This document shows positions 40,270-51,747 of a stretch of DNA of 64,000 nt, in pieces. The stretch covers positions 149,861,741 through 149,925,740 of the forward strand of contig CM041465.1 in assembly GCA_023213395.1 (NCBI GenBank), read 5' to 3'. The notes beneath the pieces are model-generated. The model ran no database searches. It was not told where the DNA came from and saw nothing but the letters and a program-made list of their open reading frames with translations. Origin of the DNA: Cycas panzhihuaensis (Eukaryota > Plantae > Cycadophyta). Both the position numbers and the translations under genes were made by a program. How positions within the stretch are numbered: the first letter of the stretch is position 1; the number at the start of each line of letters is the position of its first letter.

Positions 40270-41066
40270 GCAATAACATTCATAATAATCATAAATTCCA
40301 CCTTTATGACAATAGTAATAACAATGTCAATAATATCTATAACCTCAATAATAGAGGCAATAGTAGTAACAATGGTAACAATGACTAATCAAGCAATGTG
40401 GTTAAGTTTCAAATGCAATAGAGAAGTCATATACTAAATTATCAAAATAGTTTCTTAGTGTATCATATAAAATAGGCCCAGATGCTTAAGATGTCTGGTT
40501 CATTAACTTTGGTACATCATGACACATGACTAGAAGGATAAAATGGTTCTTTTAAATGCAGGAAGCAAATAAGAAGGTCACCATTATTGATGATATAGAT
40601 TTAGAGGTCATAGAAGTAGAAAAAGTGGTAATAATTATACCAAATAAAAAATTATAATATTTGGATAATGTTTTATATATATTAAATCTTAAGGCTAGCA
40701 TTATTTCTATAGGGGAGATTGAATAATAGGATATGACTATTACATTTGCTTAAGGATAATGCATGATCTGAGATAAGAAAAGTAATAATATAGTAAAGGG
40801 TTTCAAGAAAAATAACTTATATAAACTATAAGGATACTCTTATATAGAGAGAGTATTCCTATCTATATCTCCAAAATAGAAGCTATGGCATGAACACATG
40901 GGTCATCTAAACCACACTAGTTTCCAACTAATACATAAGCTAAAAATGGTGCATGTTCTTCCTATAATAGATAGTAAAGGTTGCATATATGAACCTTGTA
41001 TATTTGGGAAAAAACATAGAGAGACCTTTCTAAAGGAAAAGGCATGGAGAGTGGAAGTGCATCTTT
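40270..41066 (+). mobile_element. Element G: Copia fragment (gag end, PR, GAG-pre-integrase), cut by element H
   Basis: DVWFINFGTS*HMT at about 40490; LWHEHMGHLN..CIYEPCIFGKKHR. Confidence 0.85.
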
Positions 41067-41910
41067 TGTTGAGGGGAGGGGGGGGAAGAGAGAGGTCACT
41101 AGGAGCTACTACACTCTAACTATGGGTAGGTTAATGCGTGGAAGCTTAGAGGTGTGATATGGTCTTAGCTTGCCCTTAAAGGACATCTATGTACCTTATG
41201 AGCACAGGTTTAGGGACCTGCATAATGCGTGTTCCCTTTCTAACCAATAGGGTTTTGGTTTCAAGTTGGTAAGTGATGCATTTAGGTTGCAAAGGACTTA
41301 GCCTTCTCAGATTACTAAGTGGCCTAGGTAGGTTTCTCCTATCCTCAATTTGGAAGAGGTGACAGGTTTCCTTCTCGGGAGAAGGGATGATAACAAGCAG
41401 AAAATAAGGGCTAAAGAAGAGGTTTGGTATGTTTTCCTCTTTGTTTAAAGGGTTTCCTCTTAAGTTATATAGGAATATAAAGTTTTACTCGAGTGTAGTG
41501 CTTTATTTCAAGTGTAGTGTTTTATATTATATTTACATCATAACAAAATGAAAGGAACTAATAAATGTAATGATCAACATACAATAAATACAAATCCTCA
41601 CTCTTAATTCACTCCTTTTATCTTTTGGCCTTAGATAAAACTTTTAAGTTTTTATTCTTAAAAGGAAAAGACAATGATGTGATTGAGAGTGATGCAAAAG
41701 AATAGAAAGGAGCAATATTTTTCTTTTTATATGGGAGTGCAATGCAAATGTTTCCCTAGTATGCTTTTCTTTTATATAAAATAAAAAGAGTAAGAAAGAA
41801 GAGAAAAATTCCCTTTTTCAAATGATTCTCTTTTCTTATTTATGCAAGGAAACATGCTCTTCCAAACTAAACCTTTAACTTTTACTTTGCATGCATATGC
41901 ATGTGCAAAT

Positions 41911-44900
41911 TATTAAAATATAATATCTAATCCTTTTTATATTAATGACACATGTCATTATGCTATGTATCGGTTACAAGTAGTTCAAGAGGGTTACAAA
42001 CCCTAATTGTATATATATACTCATATACTCTCAATAAGATTATCAAGTATTATTCATTAGCCATTTTAGCATTAATCCTACATGGTATCAGAGCCATTTT
42101 AGGTCTATATCTTGTCTAGAGAAATATTTTCGTACGACTGTACAGACAGGTCTGTACACTAGTAGGTCAAAAAGAATAAATCTTAGAATTTGATGAAATT
42201 CCACCAAGAGGGCCGTCTTGACTTGCTTTTCATTTTCTCTAAAGGATCAAATTCCAATTTTGTCATTTTGATGCCCTAAAGACTGCCCAAAGTTGTATGA
42301 CTGCCATTGGAGACTTTTGCTTGTTTCTCATTATATTGACGTCTATACTGGGAAAACTTGGTATCAATAGAAATCCCTCAGCATAATCTTTCCATTGATA
42401 TATGACTTAAAGGCCTTCTCCTTCAGATCTGAAAGAAATAAGCAAAATTGTGAAAAAACCCTAGCTGCCCATTAGAGTTTCACCTAGTTTTTTCTCCTCA
42501 CTGAGAGATCCATTCAAAAAAATAATTACAGATCATGAATCTACACATCAAGGCTATTCTTTTGACACCTCTTTCAGAGCATTTTGAGAAAGTTAATTTT
42601 TTGACTCATTTATTATGCAGTACTGCCATCTGTATAACTACTAGTAATAGTTTTTTAATCCCATGAAAGCACTAAAAAAACCTCCTTGTTGCATTTTCCT
42701 TGGTTTGACTGAGTATTCTAGTCCCTTTTATTTCTTGAAAATATATTAAAAAGGGAGATATATTTATTGCACTTGTCTTCTTCTTCTTCCACAGGTAGAT
42801 AACTCTACTTGGTAATTACCTGTTCCCAACCTTAGACACTCTATTCTGAGGGTCTATAAAAATCGCATTGGATTTGTCGTTCTTAGCTAAGCACGTTGGG
42901 AGTTCGAAACCATTGTGTGAAGTGAGGGGAACCAAAAGGACCCAATACCCAAGTCTTAGATAGAACTCGCTCATAGATTTGAGCCTCCATATATCGAAAG
43001 GTATATAGGAGGACCTTATAGGACCTTGAGCCCAACCTAGATTAGGAAGCCCAACTGACTACTGAAGCCTTGTAGTGTAGTGGTTAGTGGTTACTTCCAT
43101 GAAGCTACCTATCTCAAATCTCCATTGGAGCTTTATTGATAGCCCTACGAGTCCAAGTAATCTCGTGTCTAGACTTGATAGAATTACTCATCTTCTCATG
43201 GCTTCCTCTCTTCAACTTTCCAAGTTTGAAAAACTCACCGGTGATAACTATAAATCATGGAAGACTAAGATGAGATCCATACTAGTGGATCAGGGTGAAT
43301 GGGACCATACAGAGAGCATCAAACTTGAGCCTACAGATGTTGCTAAAAAGAAGGTACACATGGAACAAAAAGGTCTTGCACTTGCCTCAATAACTCTGTC
43401 AGTTGAAGACTCCATCCTACCTCACATAGCTGGTGCCACTAATCCTCATGAATCTTGGACCACATTGAAGACCCTGTATGCCTAGAAAAACACAGCTCGT
43501 GTCATAGCACTCAAAAGCTAAATGGCTACCCTAAGTATGTCTGAATCGGAAGACTTCACCTCTTTTCTTAGATGATTCAAGCTACTTCATGAAAACCTAA
43601 TGTCAGTTGGGGTGAGTTATTCAGATGGTGACCTCATTGACCTTATTATACACAAACTTCCTGCCCAATTCTGAAACTTTATTACATCTTATAAGTTGAC
43701 GACAGAAATTGCATAGCACTCAATCACTACTGTTTGTGGCCAACTTCTACATCATGAGCAGACTGAAACCAATCTCAAAAATGAATTGGAAAACGCATTT
43801 TCATCTAGAGTGAGTATATGAGATACAGGCACCACCAACACAGGAGTTTTTCATGGATTAGACTAAGGGAGAAGATGACCCACAAACTATACTCCTAGTA
43901 GAGGATGATCTTCTCCTTGCACTCATCCTATCTAGTACTCAAGAGGACGACTTGGTCACCAAATCATTTGTTATTATTGTGGAAAAACTAGTCACTACAC
44001 AACTGACTGTCATCACCATAAATCTCACATAGAAAGGGGAATCATAGCTTCAGGTAGCTACTCAGGACAACCTGACAAAAAGGAGTCAATTGAAGAAGAA
44101 GAAGAAGAAGAGACCGCATTTGTAACAACTCTTTCCTCAGCAGTAAAGAACATAAATCATGATGATTGGTTTATAAACTCTGGAGCTTCTAGACACATGA
44201 TCCACAAGCGAGCTTGGTTCAGCAGCATAAGGCCTTCTCAAAATTGCAGCTCAATTGAACTTGGAGATGACACCACTCATCCAATACAAGGACATAGAAC
44301 AGTTCCTATTACCTTGCCAAATGGGAACACTAAAAAAGTTGGCCATGTGCTCTATGTACCAGGAATGACAAAAAACCTGTTATCTATATCTCAGTTGACA
44401 GACAACAAGCTCCAGGTCCTATTTGATGGTGATGGATATGTCATTTTTGATAAATACAAAGGGAACAAAGTGATTGGTGAAGGCATTAAAACTAATGGAT
44501 TATACAAATTTCTTGCCACACCAGTTCACACTGCTCTTCGTGTAACTAAAAATATTGATAATGGAAAAATTTGGCATTTGTGTTATGGTCATTTGTCTTA
44601 TAATGCTTTATCCTTATTAAGCAAACATGATATGGTGTATGGCCTTCCATGGATAAAAAAATCTAGCTCTATTTGTAACACATGCATGATGGGCAAATAA
44701 CATAAACTGCAATTCTTTGACAACACTACAAGAGCACATTGCAAATTGCAACTAATTCACAGTGATCTCTGTGGTCCATTCACTCCTCCATCCTTACAAG
44801 GGGCACACTACTATTTGACCTTCATAGATGATCACACTAGAAAGATCTGGATCTATTTTCTTAAATTAAAGTCTGATGTATTTGACACCTTTCTTAAATT

Positions 44901-47466
44901 CAAAGGCAAAGTTAAAAGAGAAAGTGAATGTAGCATCAAATACTTAAGGATTGACAATGGTGGGGAATTCACATCTAATAAATTCACACAATATTGCAAG
45001 AAAAATGGTATACAAAGATAATTTATAACTCCCTACACTCCACAATCCAATGGAATGGCTAAGAGGAAAAATAGGACCATGACGGAGATGACTTATTCCT
45101 TGCTAAAACAAAAAGGGGTAAGCAACAAATATTGGGCTGAAGTAGCAAATACAGCTATATACCTTCTCAATAGAAGTCCAACTAAATCTTTAGAGAACAT
45201 AACCCCTAAAGAAGCATGGTCAGGTCAGAAACCAGATGTCTCACACCTTCGAGTCTTTGGATCGACCGTCTACATGCACATTCCTACTAAAAAGAGAAAG
45301 AAATTAGATGATAAAAGTAGGAGATGCATTCTTATGGGATATAGTAAAGTATCCAAAGTATATCGATGCCTAGATCCTCTAACCAATAAGATTTATCCCA
45401 GTAGGGATGTGCACTTTGACGAATCAACTGATGAAGACTAGGTTGATGGGAAAACTGTATCTACTCAATCAGTTGATATCAACATACCAAGTTGGACTCA
45501 ATCTCACTCTAAGATAGATCAAGGTGAACAGCAAAGAACAGAAAATGCACCACCACCTGCTATCACTACAAGTGTCTTTGATGAAGGATCGCACTTATAT
45601 GAACAAAACAAAGCTATCAACAACTCAATTCAACCACAAAATCCCTCATAAAAAAAGGTGCCAAAATGGTACCTAAAAACAATGGAGGAATCCAGAGTAA
45701 ATGTAGATCTCATTCAAGAAGGGAAAAGAACCAAAAGTCAAATGCATCATGGGCTTGTTTCTCAACATGATATATCATATCAACAAGCCCAAAATGATCC
45801 TTGTTGGAAAGAAGCAATGAATGAAGAAATGGAATCAATCTAGAGTAATAAAACTTGGAAACTCACTACTCCTCCATAGGGAAAACCCATCATTGGATGC
45901 AGATGGTTGTATAAAATCAAGGAGAAATATGATAGCTCAATTGATAAATATAAGGCATAACTTGTTGTAAAAGGCTACTCTCAAACTCAAGGAATAGATT
46001 ATGATGAAACATTTGCTCCTGTCAGTAAAATGACTACACTTATGATGGTGATTGCCTTAGCCGCATAAAATAATTAGACAGTGTATCAAATGGATGTCAA
46101 AGGAGCCTTTCTCAATGGAGATCTTTAAGAGGAAGTATACATGGAGCAGCCTCCAGGATGTGTCGCACAAGGATAGTAGCATCTAGTCTGCAAACTCAAC
46201 AAAGCTCTTTATGGACTAAAACAAGCTCCTAGAGCATGGTATGCAAAGATGGACTCATACCTGCAAAATCTTGGGATGAAAAGATCAGAAGCTGACTCTG
46301 GGCTTTACATTCACATTGACAAGAATAACCAGGTCACCATTCTTATATTGTATGTAGATGATCTAATTCTCTCTAGGAGCAACACCAACTGGATTAACTC
46401 ATTGCGACTTCAATTGTCAAAAACCTTCAAAATGACAGACTTAGGTGAGATTCACTACTACCTTTGGATAGAAATTCATAAGTTGAAAGATGGAATTTTC
46501 ATGCATCAAAGCAAGTATACAGCACAGATACTGAAAGACTTTAGTATGATGGATTACAAACCATCTTTCATGCCCATGAGTTCTGGAATCAAACTTACTG
46601 TTGATCCAAATGGGGAGCTAGTAAATGATATCCTTGATAGGAAACTTGTTGGAAATCTCATATATCTCACTTCAACAAGATTAGACATTGCATTCGTAGT
46701 GGGACTAATCTCAAGGTACATGTCTAACCCAAAGGTGTCTCATTGGAAAGCAGCCAAGCATATTCTTTGATACCTGCAAGAAATAAAGGCTTATGGGATT
46801 TACCACAACAATCAAGGATCAAATCAATTAACCAGGTACACAGACTATCAAGGCAGAGACATCGATGATCAAAATCCACTTTTGTATACTGTTTTGACTT
46901 GGGAAATGGCATTATATCTTGGAGAATGAAGAAACAATCCATTGTATCATTATCTACATCTAAAGCAGAATACCATGCATCAGTTCAACCCTCCTGTGAA
47001 GCTATTTGGCTAAGATGTCTTTTGGATGAACTACAGTTTTTTAAAAGGCTACAACCATAATCAACTGTGACAATTAGAGCACCATTCAAATGATGAAAAA
47101 CCCAATTTTTCATGCCTAAATGAAACATATTGAAGTTCATGACCACTTCATCTGAGAGAAAGTAGACAGAGGGGAAGTCAAATTATCCTATTGTCCAAGC
47201 TCAGAACAATTAGCTGACATCTTCACAAAACCTCTTCCCAAGGAGAAGTTCATGTACCTCAGAGATAAGATCAACATGAAGGAAAAGGTTATGAAATTAA
47301 GAGGGGATGTTAGAATATAATGTCTAATCCTTTTTATATTAATGACACGTGTCATTATGCTATGTATCAGTTACAAAGTTCAAACCCTAATTGTATATAT
47401 ATACTTATATACTCTCAATAAGATTATCAAGTATTCTTCATTAACCATTGTAGCATCAATCCTACA
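41911..47466 (+). mobile_element. Element I: full-length Ty1/Copia with short LTRs and an unusually long (about 1.1 kb) leader
   Basis: LTRs 41911-42082 and 47308-47466. PBS TGGTATCAGAGCC 42083-42095. PPT AAGAGGGGA. TSD CAAAT/CAAAC. gag ATG 43198, Zn knuckle CYYCGKTSHYTTDC, PR WFINSGASRHM, INT LIHSDLCGP, RT LYVDDL, RH. Confidence 0.95.
42792..43113 (+). ncRNA. Conserved structured 5'-leader RNA module, copy 3 (Copia I)
   Basis: Same motif order and stems as the two Gypsy copies, with compensatory changes; ends about 85 nt before the gag ATG. Confidence 0.72.
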
Positions 47467-50049
47467 CAAACAATAAAATAAACTTGGACGAGAAAGAAAC
47501 AAGTTTACTTTGATAAGGGGATATGAGGGGGGAAAGCACTATTAATAAAGGATAAATTGACTAAGAGGAGAGGAGATTTGAGGGTAGAATTACCTAGTCT
47601 GTCACATTTGACGATGACTCTAGCCTTACTCCTCTTCAATCTTCCTTTGTAAAGGCCAAGAGATCCTTTGCTCCAAAGTAGGTAGGAAGTGACAGGGGCT
47701 CCACTTACCTGCCCTAAGTCTAACTAGAATAATATATAAATGAAAGTGGAAATAAGAAAGTAATGTGAACATAAGGAAATGAAATGCTAAGTCACAAATT
47801 AGTGCTTACCTTGAGATGGAGTCCTCTTTATGCCTTCTTAGCAACACTGGAGAGGTGTGCTTTCCACCTATATGTATAAAATAAAACACTTTCCAAAAGA
47901 GATGTTTGCAATATATATGTAAACGTATATAATTTCACAAATTACATTCTACTTTCACCTAAATAAAGGAAACAAACAAAATGTTTATCCTTCTCTACCA
48001 AAAATCTAAGCATATAAAGGGTGCAAAGAGTGAAAGAAAGGGATAAGGGAGGTGCCTTAGGATGGCATTGGCCTCCCTAATGAGAATGGCCTCTCTAGTG
48101 CAATCAAGAAGAGTCTTTAAATCCTGTACCTTTGAGTAACAAGCCAAGAGGAAGGTATGATGCAAAGGTGAGGTGAGTTCTCAAAAATTAGTAGCGTGTG
48201 CTCACAAAAATGTACAACAGTATGGCCAACTATCAGAGTAGAAGTTGCATGTTGTTTGAGATTTACCACTGAGTGAATTGGGAGGGGATTACCCAATGAA
48301 TAGGGGGGTGAAAAACTTGGCACTTACACCTATTACCCTTCTCTAAATTCCTTAAAATAACAAGTGTATCACTCAACTCCTCCAATACTATGATGGTATT
48401 TGTGGAGAGTTTATAGTTCATGCGAGATGGTTTCTTCAAGATTCTAAAGGAATGAAGTTCGTTGAAGCTATGAACTATGATCTCGAAGTTAAGAAATAAG
48501 ATAAAAATGGATTGGATAACTGAAATAAGAGCTAATCAAGAGAAACTCTCATTAAGAAACAAGAGAATGCATGGATCTTACCCACTTCATTTAAGAAAAC
48601 TTGGTATTTGTGGCTGAATTGATGAGAAAATATCACTTGTAATTCTTGGGAGAGTGTCTTTAGTGAAGCTACTTGAATTTAAGAGAGAAGAAAGAGGCTT
48701 GGTGATCATAGCAGGAGATTTTGGAGTGCTCCTATTATGAAATCTGAGTTCTACTGTTTCTTTTCTCCAACAATGAGTTTTTCTATTTTCTCTCAAGAAT
48801 GAGCAAAACATATGAAAAAAATCCCTCAATTGAAATCAAAATTACATTTTAATTATTTTGGGGGCTGCTCCTGATCATTACACCTTAATCTGGGCAAGCC
48901 TCGAGGTGCCTGCCATGTTAGGGGTGTAATTAATGCCAAATTTAAACATTACTGGTTGCACTTATCAGTGTAGTAGTTGTAACGTAAATTTCTCTATGGT
49001 ACCCCAAACATGTTTACAGCACTGCGAGATGCTCAGACGGCCAACAATAATTAGATCAGTACAAATAGTAATCACTATGATATGCCAACAAGGTATAAAA
49101 GTTGGTCTGGATTTAATAGAAATCTACAAATCCCTATCTCTAATTACTTATAGATTAGCCCTAGGGTCCCTAATTAACTGTTCACATGTAATAAGGGAAA
49201 GATAATGACATAAATAGGTAATGATAAGTCAAAAAGAAAGGAAAAAAATATATGGAAATAGAGTTGTAGGAATACCAAAAATTCATCTTGTTAACTAGAA
49301 GACCACAATATGGGATTATGATCCATTAGACTAGAGTCACGGTCATCATTAGCATAGAGCAGACACAGGTAAGCCTAGCAAATTAAACAACCATACATCC
49401 AACAGTCACACAAATGTCATATGAAGTAGTAAAAAAGACATGAAGTAGTAAACATAGAGGATGTCATGGAATGTAAGATAAAGATATATACCCACACTTA
49501 CCTATATCATAATCTCTTGATCCATTCCTGGTACCCAAGAAACACTATCCCCTTGGTAATAGAACCTGTTGCTCTAGAGCTAGAATGATGATGAATGTCA
49601 CCAACACAAATATTGTTAGCATGATCAATATCTAAAAATGAAACGTATAGGTAGCCTAGGGATAGAAGTGTTATAGCAGATGCATGGATAAGAGGCATAT
49701 GGTGAAGGGGGGAAGATAGGTATGTGACCGAATCAATCCCAAAGTGCATGGCCATGAACTTAAGCATATGTGGGTAGGACAAGAGGGTGGCAACCAAGGG
49801 GGATGCCCCTAGTGGCACACTAAGGTATGTAGCATGACCCTAAGATAGGGGTTTAAAAACCTAAAAAAAATAAAATCCCTTTGGCAATAATGATGGGATG
49901 CCTCATCACATTGCCTAAGGACAAATAATGAGTGAATAAAGGTAATAATCTCCATAGTTTAACCTCATTAGTGACTATTATTTAGAGGTAACCAAAAAGA
50001 AGAGAGAGACAGAGTTACTCTCTAAGGCTCTCTCTAATGGGGCAACCTG

Positions 50050-50478
50050 TCAAGTTGGCAAGGAGTTGCCTGGAAGTTAAAGGTAGTGCTCAAGGATTTG
50101 GTTGAATAGGTTGTCAGCCTCGACATTGTGGTCATTAGGAATGTACCAAATATTAACCAAGAAAAAGTGGGATAACAGGGACCTAGTTATTATAGTTAAA
50201 GATCTTAGCCTAGGCCAAAGGACTTGGTAAACTTGGGTTAATTAGGACACCATGATTTAAGAGTCACAGTGTAGGATGATGGGGCCATAGTAGAAATGAA
50301 GCCCATTGATTAAGGCTTTAATGATAGTCATGTACTTTGCTTCGTTATCTATAACCTCAGGTAGATAAATTCTGGAGCAAATGAAGACATGTCTAGAAGG
50401 ATCATGGATGATCTGGGATGTGGTAGAGGGCCTTAGGTTGCCAAAGCTACTACCATCAGTGTGTATAAGTAGAGCCAT
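50050..50478 (-). pseudogene. Additional (archaeal-type) RNase H domain (aRH) of Tat element H
   Basis: MALLIHTDGSSFGN..DNEAKYMTIIKAL..IILHCDS*..VNQTYQV..HIPNDHNVEADNL carries the RNase HI-like D/E/D motifs. Confidence 0.8.
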
Positions 50479-51467
50479 GGGGAGAATGATAGATAGAATT
50501 ATAGGAGATCAATAAAAGTTACTCTTTCACGATCAAAAGGCTCTAAGCTAGAAGAAACTAGCTGAAGGACAATGAGTCCTAAGATTCACAATCAACACAT
50601 ATTGCCACTCAACAAGATGATAAGAGAGACCTATGGCTAGGCAATTGGGTTTGTGAAGGGTATGCCCTGCAGAAGGGAAGAAGTGATGGCACAAAGGGCT
50701 CATCGATTGAGCCTAAGGTTTTATAAGAACCCCTTAAAGAACTATAGTGAGAGACAAGATTCTACTAGGTATCTAATTGGCTAAAATAACTACAGAAAAA
50801 GAGATCAATGTGTTGATATGAATCCAAAGAGTATAAACACTAATGGGGTTTTAAATAGGTGGGTTACGGGGAAAAAAGGGCTTCGCTAAGGGAAGGCTAG
50901 AAGGTTGTTATTAATTCTCATAGAGGTGAGTAAAAATAGCATGTAGGACCCAAAGAGGGCCTGGGCCCCAAACTAAATAAGAATGGACTCCCTTAGGGGA
51001 ATGACTTAATCAGAATAGGAAATGGGTATGAATCCCTAGGGAGCCTACCAAATATAAACAAGTTTGGTAAGAAAATGGAGTTTATTTTTACTGTTACCTA
51101 TGTGATTCTATAGAAAGCATTTTTCTACCCCTATTTCCCCTTTTGTAGATGGGCCCACTGAGGGAAATTTAACTGTTGGATCATCATGTAGGAGGAGCTA
51201 TTGGGATCGTGAGCTAGTCATGGTTATAATGAGGTTGGATTTGGTGAGTGGATCTTGACATTAAGCTTCATATTTTGTATTTATGTATTAGGCTTTTCAA
51301 TAGTTGGGTCATGCCTATTTATAAGGGTAGGGGACCTAACATGACCTATTTGGGATCCATGGAAGGTTGGACTAGGGTTATGGAGGACCTTGGTCTTGAT
51401 GGATCTATTCTTAGTTTGAGAAATAATGTTCTATTATTATATTTGTTTAATTTTAGGAATTTAGTTC

Positions 51468-51589
51468 ATGGTATTGCAAAGTTTCCTGCGATACCACAAA
51501 TACAACTATGGTGCCACGAAGAAATATACAGAATGGAGTAAAGTACCACAGACTTATTTGTGGTACTATGAAAAAGTCTACAGTATAGA
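51468..51589. promoter_or_regulatory. 20-bp-phased array of palindromic RYRGTACYRY motifs upstream of the PMD ORF
   Basis: 10-mers at 51468, 51488, 51508 and at 51540, 51560, 51580. Confidence 0.6.
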
Positions 51590-51747
51590 ACCAAAATCTT
51601 TAGTATTTAAGATTTTTTCTAAAATTTCATCTACCTTTCGCTTGATTAAGAGAGATTTCATCTACTTTTTGCTTAATTAAGAGAGATGTCTCTCCTATTA
51701 GTTAATAGTTTACTAACTGATGGTTTTTTGGTTGATTTGTATGCAGT

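Larger units (their letters stand above)
41067..49544 (-). repeat. 3' LTR of element H (about 2.9 kb, interrupted by Copia I)
   Basis: TGTTG at 41067. TGTTTCTTGGGTACCAGGAATGGA on the - strand at 49544. 41180-41230 is reverse-complement homologous to 61566-61610. Confidence 0.75.

Noticed and set aside
43087-43197. N-terminal extension of Copia gag from a GTG start
   Set aside because: Overlaps the RNA module; gag similarity starts at ATG 43198
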